Origin: Escherichia virus ESCO5
Lineage: Duplodnaviria; Heunggongvirae; Uroviricota; Caudoviricetes
Direction: 5' to 3' (one strand)
Virus record (IMG/VR): IMGVR_UViG_2974610597_000001
DNA: 64,000 nucleotides
Below are positions 36,415 through 46,305 of the stretch, piece by piece (position 1 is the stretch's first letter; each line of letters begins with the position of its first letter). The notes under the pieces were generated by a model that made no database searches, was not told where the DNA came from, and saw only the letters and a list, made by a program, of their open reading frames with translations. A program made the position numbers and the translations under genes.

Positions 36415-37008
36415 TTACCAAGGAATATCTTCTTCTTCCAATTTGGTATCTACTTGAGGTGGACGTGGAACCTTAACCTCTTTAACAAAACGAAGATATG
36501 GAAAACGTGTAGCGATTTTAATAACATGTTTGGCATCTTCTCTAACATCTTTGTGCAAGAAGCAGATCCCTGTTTCCAAAGTTGTTTCAAAATCTTTAGA
36601 GTAATAACAATCCTTTCCATCAAATGCAGCCTGGCAGATGGACAGATCAAACTCATTCAGAAAGGTTGTCATTACATTTGGGTCCATAATCATAAGGTTG
36701 CAAAGCTGACCGTCACGTTCAAATTCAAAAACGTGTTTAAGACCAGTAACACCCTCGTAGTTATCAGAAGCCTCTTTGTTTCCTAGCTTACGAACATTAG
36801 TTCCCATTAAAGCAGATGCAATTAGTTCTTGTATTTGCTCTTCTGATCGATGTGCAGGAAGTGACGTATAGAAATCCAGATCACGTCCAGCAATATCAAG
36901 AATACGCCAATCACGAACAGCACCGCCAGCCAAGACAGAATTAGGATCAGCGATCTTTAAGACAGTAAGAATTTCTTTGGCAATGTTGATTTGTTTTGAT
37001 TTAGTCAT
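36415..37008 (-). CDS. Pol-beta superfamily nucleotidyltransferase (CCA-adding/poly(A) polymerase head-like)
   Basis: GGAVRDW then RDLDF ([GS]-x(9-13)-DxD pattern) near the N-terminus; C-terminus EEEDIPW resembles the SSB tip. Confidence 0.5.
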   Translation of the reverse strand: MTKSKQINIAKEILTVLKIADPNSVLAGGAVRDWRILDIAGRDLDFYTSLPAHRSEEQIQELIASALMGTNVRKLGNKEASDNYEGVTGLKHVFEFERDGQLCNLMIMDPNVMTTFLNEFDLSICQAAFDGKDCYYSKDFETTLETGICFLHKDVREDAKHVIKIATRFPYLRFVKEVKVPRPPQVDTKLEEEDIPW

Positions 37009-37219
37009 TGATACGCTCCACAGTTACTTTAACAATATCGTCCATATTAATCTCATCTCCCAAGACTTCAATAACACCTTCCTCATAAAGTCGAGCACAT
37101 TCTTCCCATACTTCTGCTTCCGTCATTCCACCTTCAATCTTATTTGCAAGACCTTTAATAACATCTTCATTTTGTTCATCAATAAGAATTGAAACATTAA
37201 AGCTCACTAGTTTACGCAT
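37001..37219 (-). CDS. hypothetical small acidic protein
   Basis: 72-aa ORF overlapping the upstream stop. Confidence 0.35.
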   Translation of the reverse strand: MRKLVSFNVSILIDEQNEDVIKGLANKIEGGMTEAEVWEECARLYEEGVIEVLGDEINMDDIVKVTVERIND

Positions 37220-37227
37220 TGTTTTCT

Positions 37228-37395
37228 CCTTATACCTCTAAACGGAAAGTTTCTTTAGATACAAAATCGTATCCACCTTTTTCAAGCCAGTCATTGTAAA
37301 CCTCATCAGCTTGAGACTCTATCATAAAATACCGAGTGGTAATTTCGTCTCCGACAATACGCACAATTTTATAGCAAATCATGATACCATTTCCC
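37228..37395 (-). CDS. hypothetical small protein (55 aa, not in the ORF track)
   Basis: ATG overlaps the upstream stop (TAATG) and follows GGAGG; translation MGNGIMICYKIVRIVGDEITTRYFMIESQADEVYNDWLEKGGYDFVSKETFRLEV. Confidence 0.3.
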
Positions 37396-37396
37396 A

Positions 37397-37588
37397 TTAA
37401 TCTTCCTCCAGATCAATTTCATTATAGCAATGTATGCAGTAGCCATCGTTGTGCATATGTTGTTCATAAGACATATCTTTACCACAAGACCAACAACGAA
37501 TATCGCCATCGTCCCATTCACGTTCTTCTTCGCCTTCAAATGCATCTGGTAGGTAAGGCATACCAAGACAATCTAAATCGTAATGCAT
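37397..37588 (-). CDS. small zinc-ribbon protein
   Basis: Start moved to the ATG at 37588 after AGGAGGAG; Cys pairs CWSCG and CIHC; acidic C-terminus. Confidence 0.4.
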   Translation of the reverse strand: MHYDLDCLGMPYLPDAFEGEEEREWDDGDIRCWSCGKDMSYEQHMHNDGYCIHCYNEIDLEED

Positions 37589-37637
37589 ATCTCCTCCTAT
37601 AAAGGGGCAGAAGCCCCTTATAAAACAATATGTTAGA

Positions 37638-40600
37638 TCAATGACAGGATGCCCAGGAATTACCCACGTCATATCCGGCAGTAAGCTGAACGTTAAGATT
37701 GTAAAATTCTCCAGCCTTAGTAACAGCTAAAGCAGCAAGTTCACCTGCCCGACTATAAGCTGTAAACCATCCACCTTTGGGAGATTCATGAATGTTAGCC
37801 CAAATTTGCCCTGTCTCTTTTTCCTTATTATGCTTCCATTCTTCAACTTTAGCAAGGCATTCTTTATCAATTTTCTTTTGTTCTTCAGGATCGTCTACTT
37901 TCTTCCAACCTAATGATTCAGGTGAAAACCATTTGAATTCTACAAGGTTACGAGAAACTTCAAGCTGGGCTTCATCGTGGTATGCAATCATTTGTTGCAC
38001 GAAGTCTTTATTCTTCCAGTCATCTTTAAAGAAGTCAACACTTAGTCCTTCTTCTTCGATCATATCGTCATAAATAACCATTGCACGTTTAGCACAGATA
38101 ACCCCACCACTTTGGAACAGAGAGTTAAGAATCGCGTGAGCAGAACGAGTAGGAACCTTACGACCGTCAATACCCAAAACATACTGTTTACCAGTCTTAA
38201 CCCAGAAATCGTTTAAACGTTCTTTAAGACGCGCCAGTGGGAATGCAGCTTCCCAGAAAGCATCGAACACCAGTTGCCCTGTAAACTTATCGCTACCAAT
38301 TGTTTTAGCAACCTTGTCGGCTTGTGCACCATAGGTAATACCATACTTAACAGATTTAGCAGGACTACGTTCAAATTTACGTCCAATAGTTTCAGTGATA
38401 CGTTTTGCCATCATGGTATGAACATCGTTAGGCTTCTCTAACAAGAGAGCGTTACAGTATTCATGAGGCTCCGGTTCGTAGCGCCAACAGTTTCCTGTGA
38501 TGGTAATGCAGTCTTTCTGACGCATGACCCACGTACCAAGTTCTGTTTGTGGACACCAAACATCCTCTACACCCCACTCTTCAATAGTCAAACTTTGAAC
38601 AGGAATGTGAGAGCGGTTAGCCAATGTTACCACTTTTACTTTCTGCTCTTTTGTATTGAAAGCTACAGAGATATTGCCTCCATGCACCAGGTACGAGGCA
38701 GTTAAAGCTGCTTCAAAAAGTTCACCTGGGTTCTGCGCCCAACGCCAAACAGGTTTTTGTTTATGTTCATGCCAGTAACCATCTGCAATCAAGAAACCTT
38801 CCAAGAAAGCTACACGCTCGGCATGAGACATATTAACTACACGCTCTACCCACGGAACATCCCATTTACCTTGTTGAACAGAAGTTAAACTATTTACCTG
38901 ATCTTGTTCCATGTTAAATGGAGCATTACAAATAATATTATCTCCTGTGCAAAGCTCGGCAGTTGTTCTGACTTTAGGCACATAAGTATTCCCTTTACTA
39001 CGGGTATTAACATACCAACGGTGATCTGCTGTTGCACGGTAAGTGTGTGATTTCCCTTTAATCTCAAACGTCTTACTATTTTTATAGAAGACCTTACCTT
39101 TTACTTTAGTCCATTCTTTCAGACCTGTTTCAGCATTGTACCCTAAAATCTCATCCCCTTCCTTCAGGTCGTGATATCCTACCCAACCTTTACGAGTCAA
39201 AGCTTGAGCATCCATCGGCACACAGTAATGCGACTCAATCTTTGCTTCCAAAGAGTCGAAGTCATAACCGATCTGGAAATATTTAGGAACTTCTACACCA
39301 AACAAGTTACGCATCTCCCATCCAAACAAAGATGTGACACGAGGGATATTGGCTACAGACCTATGCTTCATACGAGAGGTTGCAGCATCACATGTAGCGG
39401 CTGGGGTAGGAATACGCCCATCTGCCCTTACTGCGGCTAAGAAACCTTTATCGTATTCTTGATCTTCTTCATCTTCTTCCCAATCAGCACCGCCACCTAA
39501 AATAGAGTTCCTACGATGCTTATACGTTAAGTATTCTACAATCTGAGTAGCATAAGGAAATTTCTCACCCAAAGCTTGCAGGTTAGGACAGATTTCTTTT
39601 TCCTGACCTTTGGTAAAACATGGGTTAGTCAATACTTTAAGACCGCGACCTTTACCTTTTGCTATACGCTCTTGAATCTTCCTTTCCAAGGTTTCCGGTG
39701 CGCACTCCAGATGATCACAACGGTCCTGACAAAAATTAGAAGATAAAGTTTGCTCAACGTAAGCTCGAATACCTTTCTGAAGTTCTTCCTCACTCTTTTT
39801 AATCTTGGTGCCAGATTTAAGAGTCAAATCTTTATCTTTATATTCCGATGGTACCCAACCTAATCCTACAAGCCAGTTTTTAATATGGGTTGTATCGTTC
39901 AATGTCGCAGGGATGTTAGGATCACACAGAGGCTCATCTGCTGCAACTGGCAGTTTCCACTCTTTCCCCAACATAACTAACCACCAATCGCCATCCCTCT
40001 CTTCCAAATGACCATCATGTTTTTTAGCAAAATTGATCATATGGTTAGTTGGTTCGAGGTTCTTTTTAATTTGCAATTTAGGCGGAATAAAAGCTTTAAG
40101 ATAACCTTTTGTTGCTGGTTTAGGTGGCAAAATAGGCTCAACGAGTAAACGAAGACGCTCCATTTCTGCATCCAAAAAAGCAAGGTTCTCTTCTGCTTGC
40201 TTCATATTAAAAGCAAACCCACGGTGTTCCTGGCGCGTGATAATGTCTGCTACACGTTGTTCAAGTTCAAATGGACCTTCCCATTTATCATAATCACCCC
40301 ATTCTTCCATAAGGTAGTTATATACGCTCGTATTGGCTTTGTTGTCATAGATACAGTAATAAAGCATATCCGCAGCAAAAGTCTTAAATCGATCTTCTTC
40401 TGGAATCTCTTTACGGAAATCTATTTTTACATCACCACCTGCTTTTCGAGAAAGTGCTGCCAAGCTATGTCCTGATTTGCCCTCAATCTTTCGATCTGGG
40501 TTTAACACTTTACTCAAAATCAAGGAGTCAATAAGTTTTACCTTATTTTTGCCCCACGTATTATATTTAACACTGTAATCTAATCCATAAAACAGTTTTG

Positions 40601-40970
40601 TAGCCAACCAGTCGTAGTTGATACCGTTGTGAGCCACAGCCATTTCAACCAGATATTCAGGCTTGTCTTTAAAATAACCTTCATGATTAATAAAGTCTGG
40701 GAAATCTTTTAGTTGAAAATGCGTGTAATCTTGCGCCACATACTCTTTAAGAACATATGTATATTTACCATCTGACTCTTCATAAGGACGCCCATCAAAG
40801 ATGTATTTAGGGCCATCGTGGAAAGCTACTATTTCTCCTGTTTCATGGTTCTCTAAGACAATACAGTGCATTTGAAATGTGTCTTTGAGACGATAAGGAC
40901 TAGCTAAATAATCAATAGTGTCATTATTCAACAATCCGTTTGCTTCAATATCCCATGTAAACTTACTCAC
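37638..40970 (-). CDS. family A DNA polymerase with 3'-5' exonuclease domain, interrupted by a putative intein
   Basis: Exo motif DIEANGL; motif A DFDSLEAKI (res 571-579), motif B RSPAKSVKYGITYG (869-882), motif C YHDE (997-1000); about 250 extra residues between motifs A and B. GTG start overlaps the upstream TAG. Confidence 0.9.
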   Translation of the reverse strand: MSKFTWDIEANGLLNNDTIDYLASPYRLKDTFQMHCIVLENHETGEIVAFHDGPKYIFDGRPYEESDGKYTYVLKEYVAQDYTHFQLKDFPDFINHEGYFKDKPEYLVEMAVAHNGINYDWLATKLFYGLDYSVKYNTWGKNKVKLIDSLILSKVLNPDRKIEGKSGHSLAALSRKAGGDVKIDFRKEIPEEDRFKTFAADMLYYCIYDNKANTSVYNYLMEEWGDYDKWEGPFELEQRVADIITRQEHRGFAFNMKQAEENLAFLDAEMERLRLLVEPILPPKPATKGYLKAFIPPKLQIKKNLEPTNHMINFAKKHDGHLEERDGDWWLVMLGKEWKLPVAADEPLCDPNIPATLNDTTHIKNWLVGLGWVPSEYKDKDLTLKSGTKIKKSEEELQKGIRAYVEQTLSSNFCQDRCDHLECAPETLERKIQERIAKGKGRGLKVLTNPCFTKGQEKEICPNLQALGEKFPYATQIVEYLTYKHRRNSILGGGADWEEDEEDQEYDKGFLAAVRADGRIPTPAATCDAATSRMKHRSVANIPRVTSLFGWEMRNLFGVEVPKYFQIGYDFDSLEAKIESHYCVPMDAQALTRKGWVGYHDLKEGDEILGYNAETGLKEWTKVKGKVFYKNSKTFEIKGKSHTYRATADHRWYVNTRSKGNTYVPKVRTTAELCTGDNIICNAPFNMEQDQVNSLTSVQQGKWDVPWVERVVNMSHAERVAFLEGFLIADGYWHEHKQKPVWRWAQNPGELFEAALTASYLVHGGNISVAFNTKEQKVKVVTLANRSHIPVQSLTIEEWGVEDVWCPQTELGTWVMRQKDCITITGNCWRYEPEPHEYCNALLLEKPNDVHTMMAKRITETIGRKFERSPAKSVKYGITYGAQADKVAKTIGSDKFTGQLVFDAFWEAAFPLARLKERLNDFWVKTGKQYVLGIDGRKVPTRSAHAILNSLFQSGGVICAKRAMVIYDDMIEEEGLSVDFFKDDWKNKDFVQQMIAYHDEAQLEVSRNLVEFKWFSPESLGWKKVDDPEEQKKIDKECLAKVEEWKHNKEKETGQIWANIHESPKGGWFTAYSRAGELAALAVTKAGEFYNLNVQLTAGYDVGNSWASCH
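38490..39224 (-). other. putative intein (Hint domain with LAGLIDADG-like motif) inside the DNA polymerase
   Basis: Residues 583-827: N-terminal Cys, block-B-like TADH, LEGFLIADGYW, C-terminal ITITGN followed by Cys +1. Confidence 0.55.
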
Positions 40971-41764
40971 TATTCCTCCTTTCTAATGTTCTCCAGAACC
41001 CACTGAAGTTCTTTTAAACTTAAACTTCTTACTCCCGCAGTTTTACTAGCTTCAGCTTTAAGTAACGGGTAAGCCTCAATGATACGCGTTTTAAGATCAG
41101 AAGTCAAGGCTTTTAAAAAATAGGTAGATGCTTCAGATAAAGAATCTTCTTCTGATAACACTTTACCTGCACTTGCTCCCGCTCTCCTAACGGCTATATC
41201 GTAGTCTTTACTGTTACCTAATACGAATAGTCGATTCTCTCCTAAAACAACGGGAGAACGCTTCTCGTTGCGTTTAATCCATATCTGGAATACACAAGGA
41301 ACATCCCAAGGTTCTCCATGAAGAATAAAAGATCCTTTTGGACATTCTTCTTCGTAAAGAAGATGCATGTGGGGATTTAGTTTGTGTGCAAAAAAGATTT
41401 TTTGAAATGTGCGAGGCAAGATAAAACAAATACCACCTTCGTTATCCAACATTTCAGCACAATGGTTAAAGAACTTAATGGCAAGACTAGCATTTTTTCC
41501 AAACGGAGGATTACCGACAAAAGCAGTTACACTACCAACAGACTCAACAGATTGAGCTAAAAAATCTGCCTCAATACAATCTTCAAACTTAGGGTCAATA
41601 TCAAAAGAAGTTATGTTTTTAAAACAAGAAGAGAAAGCTCCTTCTCCCGCAGATGGTTCTACGTAGTTAGCTTCCTCTCCAAAAATTTCTTTGATCTTAT
41701 CACATAAGAACCCCGCATAAGCGGGGTTAGTGTAATATTGATCAAGTGTGTTCAACTTGCTCAA
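40970..41764 (-). CDS. N6-adenine DNA methyltransferase
   Basis: AdoMet motif VEPSAGEGAF followed by catalytic motif GNPPFG. Confidence 0.65.
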   Translation of the reverse strand: MSKLNTLDQYYTNPAYAGFLCDKIKEIFGEEANYVEPSAGEGAFSSCFKNITSFDIDPKFEDCIEADFLAQSVESVGSVTAFVGNPPFGKNASLAIKFFNHCAEMLDNEGGICFILPRTFQKIFFAHKLNPHMHLLYEEECPKGSFILHGEPWDVPCVFQIWIKRNEKRSPVVLGENRLFVLGNSKDYDIAVRRAGASAGKVLSEEDSLSEASTYFLKALTSDLKTRIIEAYPLLKAEASKTAGVRSLSLKELQWVLENIRKEE

Positions 41765-41773
41765 TAGTCCTCC

Positions 41774-42205
41774 TTAGTTGTTAGCGAACTCAATAGTGAG
41801 GTCAACTTTACCATCGTCAGAAATAACCATGTTTTTGGTATTTTTAAAGATGATATCTACTTTACCTTCACTTACACGACAGAATGCAACACCATCTGCA
41901 ACTTTATCGATATAATATTTGTAAGAAAGAATACCCACTTTACTACGACCAGCACCTTTTGTGAAAGAAGGGCTTACATCGAAACGGAAACCTTTAGAAG
42001 AAACAACACGGTAAGAACGTCCAGTTGGAAGATGTTCAATAACAGAGACATTGTTCTCAACAACTTTTACAGCAAACTCTTCAGGATGATCCTCAACAAT
42101 CATATGTGGGATGGCAAATGCCAACGCTTGTTTGTGTTTAATAACACCAGCACCCAGAGCACCAGCAGCTTTAACTTTTGCATTCAGATCGATTGTCATA
42201 CGCAT
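41774..42205 (-). CDS. hypothetical protein
   Basis: 143-aa ORF, ATG after AGAGGAGAAG, directly downstream of a consensus promoter. Confidence 0.5.
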   Translation of the reverse strand: MRMTIDLNAKVKAAGALGAGVIKHKQALAFAIPHMIVEDHPEEFAVKVVENNVSVIEHLPTGRSYRVVSSKGFRFDVSPSFTKGAGRSKVGILSYKYYIDKVADGVAFCRVSEGKVDIIFKNTKNMVISDDGKVDLTIEFANN

Positions 42206-42238
42206 TTTTACTTCTCCTCTTGTTTGGTTGATGAGACA

Positions 42239-42267
42239 AGTATAAGTCCCTTCCGTAAAGTTGTCAA
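42239..42267 (-). promoter_or_regulatory. sigma70-like promoter (TTGACA - 17 bp - TATACT)
   Basis: On the - strand, -35 at 42267-42262 and -10 at 42244-42239. Confidence 0.5.
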
Positions 42268-42271
42268 CAGG

Positions 42272-42299
42272 TATTTTTAATAAAAGGGCCGAAGCCCTT
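42272..42299 (-). terminator. rho-independent terminator after primase-helicase
   Basis: On the - strand AAGGGC, TTCG loop, GCCCTT, then TTATT; stem overlaps the primase-helicase stop codon. Confidence 0.55.
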
Positions 42300-44076
42300 A
42301 ATAATTGCTATCCGTAGGCAAATTAGCAGGATTGTTGAAATACTGCTCTTTGTCATGCAGAGTTGCAGTTCTAATGTCATAGTAAAACTGCCCTGCCGGA
42401 CCAGTTTCCGAGAACTCACGGTTTTTTAGGATAAAGCAATGAGTCGTATTGCGTTCTACAGGGTCTTCAGCGGCTTTATCTCGTTCCAAAGCCAAGGTAA
42501 TACCAGCACCTTTAGCCAAGAAACTACTACCCATTGCATCGTCCTCTGTTAAGTGTTCATTGCCACCATTAGCCGATTTCTTAACGTGTGAGATGACGAT
42601 AATAGTTATAGCATACTCTTTCATGATGCGCTTCAACCATGTTGCTAACTCTTCCTGGGCTTGAACATCCATACCAGAAAGCAAATCAGAATAAGGGTCG
42701 ATAACAAGAATTGTTACTCCAAAATAGATGATCATCTCCAAAACTTTTTCTTTGATAGACTCCACATCTGCTCCACGATCATCACACACATAAAAACGTG
42801 GTGATCCATCTTCTCTTTCGTAAAAATCCAGGATTTTTTCTTTATTCTCTTCCAAGATTTGAAATTTCTCTTCCGGTGTTTTCCTGTGTAGAGGAATATG
42901 CAGGAACGAGGACAACAGGTTACGAGAATATTTCTTATAAGTTGCTTCCAAGGACAGAATACCTAGGGTATGTTCTGGGTGCGCAACAATAATATGTTTG
43001 GTGATCTCGTTCACCATCAAAGTTTTACCGATACTGGTCTTTGCCAGGATGACTGTAATCTCTTCCTCTACTAAACCACCACCCAGCATATTTGCAGCAA
43101 CACGCATAAAAGGAGGCAAGGTAATCATCTTGGATTCCAAGCATTCTAATGCAGCTTCATACAAGACATTAGAAGCATAAACACCTGCTGGGGTGTATAG
43201 ACGAGCACTCCAAAAAGCTTTTACGAAATCTTTTGCACGACCTTCTTCCAGATACTGATTGGCATCCTTAAGATCCATCTGCATACGATAGACTTTGTTA
43301 CGAGGCAGCACCTTAACAATATTTTCAAATGCCTCATTACCTGCTTTGTCGTTATCCATGCAAACAATAATCTTCTTAAATTTTTCAAAGAAAGGATATT
43401 GTGCCTGAACTTGTTTATACATACTGGTTTCACCAGTTGTGCCACTTACTACGGCTGGAAGCTCATATTTACTGTCCAAGTTTTCAGATAGCATTTGATA
43501 AGCTGCCAGAGCATCGTGTTCACCACCTGTAATTACAACAGTATGAGAACGGTCTGCAAAACGAATTTGTCCAAAAAGATCTACATCTTTACCTACTTGA
43601 CCAATAGGTTTACTGAAATCTTTAGGATGAATACGACGCTTAAAACCAACCAATTCTTTACCGATGGTAGTCGGATATAAACAACTTTCTACTACCATCT
43701 GATCTCCTTCCTGACGGTATTCATAACGAACACCATAGAAAGATGAAACTTTTTCTTTAATGCCTCGATAACCACGTGGGTTGGTTGATGTTTCTTGAAC
43801 AATTTTACGATGAATCTGTTTATTAAATTCCGAACCCACAATCTCCTCCTCTTCTTCTAAAACTTCACCATTTTCTCGTAACCATTCTACGCTAGGAATA
43901 GTGTATTCACACGCAAAGCACTTAGCACCTTTATGCTCTCCATTAGAATCTAATCCGTAAACCATCAGGTTATTACGAGAGCGATCCTTGCCATTTTTCA
44001 TGCAGCGCGGACAACCTGTATGTCCTTCCTTGCTAAGATCAACATCAAATCCATATTTAGTTATAATGTGCGACAC
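42298..44076 (-). CDS. bifunctional DNA primase-helicase (T7 gp4-like)
   Basis: N-terminal zinc ribbon (CPRC...CFAC), TOPRIM-like segment (VVITGGEHD, CMDNDKAGNEA), Walker A (AKTSIGKT); GTG start after AGGAGA. Confidence 0.85.
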   Translation of the reverse strand: MSHIITKYGFDVDLSKEGHTGCPRCMKNGKDRSRNNLMVYGLDSNGEHKGAKCFACEYTIPSVEWLRENGEVLEEEEEIVGSEFNKQIHRKIVQETSTNPRGYRGIKEKVSSFYGVRYEYRQEGDQMVVESCLYPTTIGKELVGFKRRIHPKDFSKPIGQVGKDVDLFGQIRFADRSHTVVITGGEHDALAAYQMLSENLDSKYELPAVVSGTTGETSMYKQVQAQYPFFEKFKKIIVCMDNDKAGNEAFENIVKVLPRNKVYRMQMDLKDANQYLEEGRAKDFVKAFWSARLYTPAGVYASNVLYEAALECLESKMITLPPFMRVAANMLGGGLVEEEITVILAKTSIGKTLMVNEITKHIIVAHPEHTLGILSLEATYKKYSRNLLSSFLHIPLHRKTPEEKFQILEENKEKILDFYEREDGSPRFYVCDDRGADVESIKEKVLEMIIYFGVTILVIDPYSDLLSGMDVQAQEELATWLKRIMKEYAITIIVISHVKKSANGGNEHLTEDDAMGSSFLAKGAGITLALERDKAAEDPVERNTTHCFILKNREFSETGPAGQFYYDIRTATLHDKEQYFNNPANLPTDSNY

Positions 44077-44088
44077 TTTGTTCTCCTG

Positions 44089-44367
44089 TTAAAATGGTTC
44101 GTTAGTCTCCATCATATATTCTGCTTCTAGTTCTTCCATGTGCTTTCTAAATTGGAAAGCAATTTCTGCTACAGTTACATTTAAATCTTTTTCAAAAACT
44201 TCTGTAGATCCTTCATAAAAACGAATACCGTCAATTAAAAGCCCTCCGTGGTAATCCCAATCGCTTTCACGAGAAAGTGGATTAGGTTCTTCATAATAGT
44301 AATCCACCTCCACAACCAAGGCTTTCCCGTTACGAGTGGTGTATTCAAAATCAAAAGTGTTAATCAT
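44089..44367 (-). CDS. hypothetical protein
   Basis: 92-aa ORF between primase-helicase and the glycosyltransferases. Confidence 0.4.
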   Translation of the reverse strand: MINTFDFEYTTRNGKALVVEVDYYYEEPNPLSRESDWDYHGGLLIDGIRFYEGSTEVFEKDLNVTVAEIAFQFRKHMEELEAEYMMETNEPF

Positions 44368-45311
44368 TATAGCTCCTCAAATAAAAGTCTACGACGCTCA
44401 TTCAACACATCAATGTGATAATGAGTCCTGACATACTTAGCTAATGCTAATCCTTTCTCCATGCAAACATCGGGAGCACTTAATAAGTATTCCGTAATAT
44501 CTTTCCACTCGGAAGGTGTTTCAGCAAAGAATAACAAATCTTTAAACTCTTGTGTATGATAATTCTCACGAGGAGAGCAGATTAAAGGTAAACCCTTAGC
44601 ACCTGCCTCAAGAATTTTAAGATTGCTTTTTGCATTATTAAACACGTTATCGATCAATGGTGCAAGACTGATTTGATGACCATCGTAAGATTCCATGTAG
44701 TAGGCATATGGTCTTACACCTTCATAAACACAAGTTGGTGCTACATTTTCCCTGATTAAAGACCATTCACGACTACTTAAAACTTCAGAATCCCTACGAA
44801 AACCACATATTGTAAGATCTTTACCAAAATCGGGCAAGATAGCCAAATCTTGTTTATGTGTTTCACTTCCAGCCCAGACTAATGGAGTTTTGGAGTAGCG
44901 ATCACGGGTCAACACAAATTGACCTTCATCGTAAGGAAGTCCATTAGGGATTATGTGCACATTATCATTGTATTGTGAAAGTTCAACTTGCAAGGCAGGT
45001 GTCGTAGTTGTAACAAGATCACTGTGCTCTAAAAACCATTTTAAATGTTCACGAATACCTGATTCAAAAATACCTTCTAACATGTGTCCTTTTGGAATAA
45101 CTAAAGAGTCATCCAAATCCATAACCATTTTAAAGCCCAGGTTTTTAAGGGCTAAAAAGCCCTCTTTACCTTTTGTTGGCACTCCGTTAAAAACGAAAAC
45201 GTTGTGTTTAGGTTGTGAAGAGAACTGCCTTGAGTAAGGCAGCACTACCCTATGGAAATCGCAGACACTATAATTGATTCCGTTACGATTGTCAAGAATT
45301 ATTTGTCCCAT
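44367..45311 (-). CDS. glycosyltransferase, GT-B-like (paralog 1)
   Basis: 314 aa; C-terminal NLKILEAGAKGLPLICS resembles the GT-B sugar-donor region; clearly paralogous to 45319..46305. Confidence 0.5.
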   Translation of the reverse strand: MGQIILDNRNGINYSVCDFHRVVLPYSRQFSSQPKHNVFVFNGVPTKGKEGFLALKNLGFKMVMDLDDSLVIPKGHMLEGIFESGIREHLKWFLEHSDLVTTTTPALQVELSQYNDNVHIIPNGLPYDEGQFVLTRDRYSKTPLVWAGSETHKQDLAILPDFGKDLTICGFRRDSEVLSSREWSLIRENVAPTCVYEGVRPYAYYMESYDGHQISLAPLIDNVFNNAKSNLKILEAGAKGLPLICSPRENYHTQEFKDLLFFAETPSEWKDITEYLLSAPDVCMEKGLALAKYVRTHYHIDVLNERRRLLFEEL

Positions 45312-45318
45312 ACTTCAC

Positions 45319-46305
45319 CTACAAACTTTCAATAACCTGGCGTCGCAATTCGTTTGCATCTGCCAGATTATAATGTGTTCGAACATGTTCCGCTAAGAAC
45401 AAGCCGCGATCTTCCCGATAGTTCGGATTGCGAAGAAGCTTAACAATTTCGTAATGCCATTCAGCTTTATTCTCTGCGTAAGCAACAGCGCGAGCATCTA
45501 CAGGGTTAAAATAAGGTAATACCTTAGAACAAACAATCGGAATACCTTTTGCCCCAGCTTCAAGGATTTTGAGATTACTTTTACAATTATTAAAATCATT
45601 GTCTACCAAAGGAGCTATAGCAATAGCATGACTTTCGTAAACACTCATGTAATTATCTAAATCTTTTACAGCAGCTTTATATTTGGCGTTTGGTAAATTT
45701 CTACGGATCTTAATCCACTCTTGCCCTGTGATACTCTGCGATGCTTCATATCCTGCAATAGTAAGAAGTTCATCATCGAAAGTATTAGAGACTAGTCGTA
45801 AATCGGGTTCGTGACTAGCACCGCCAGCCCATACAACAGGGGTACCGGATGAACGATCATTTGACAAAGTGAATTGTCCGCTATCAAAAGGAAGTGCATT
45901 TCGGATCACAACAACATTCCTATTTAAGTGACGGATCTTATATGCCAAATATTCCGTAGTCACAATGACCACATCGGCAAGCTTAACCATAGCTACAATA
46001 GCATGAGTGTTTGACTCATATAAACTTGCTAAATAATGTTCTGGATTAAGTTGGTAGAAATCATCTAAATCTACAACAATCTTAACACCTTGACGTTTCA
46101 GTGACAGAACATATTCTGCCCCTTTAGAATGAATACGGTTAAACACGACAACATCTTTCTTAGGCTGAAAATTATTGTTGTTAAATGGTATAACAATACG
46201 ATGATAATCACAACCACTGTGAGGTTTTGCATCAATTTTCAGTTTAGTCCATTTTTTATTTGACATGTGCCAGTGCCTCCTCATAAGAAATTCGGATTTT
46301 CCCAT
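45319..46305 (-). CDS. glycosyltransferase, GT-B-like (paralog 2)
   Basis: Shares CDYHRIV..., VVWAGGASHEPDL and NLKILEAGAKGIPIVCS with paralog 1; true start probably the internal Met near 46266. Confidence 0.5.
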   Translation of the reverse strand: MGKSEFLMRRHWHMSNKKWTKLKIDAKPHSGCDYHRIVIPFNNNNFQPKKDVVVFNRIHSKGAEYVLSLKRQGVKIVVDLDDFYQLNPEHYLASLYESNTHAIVAMVKLADVVIVTTEYLAYKIRHLNRNVVVIRNALPFDSGQFTLSNDRSSGTPVVWAGGASHEPDLRLVSNTFDDELLTIAGYEASQSITGQEWIKIRRNLPNAKYKAAVKDLDNYMSVYESHAIAIAPLVDNDFNNCKSNLKILEAGAKGIPIVCSKVLPYFNPVDARAVAYAENKAEWHYEIVKLLRNPNYREDRGLFLAEHVRTHYNLADANELRRQVIESL

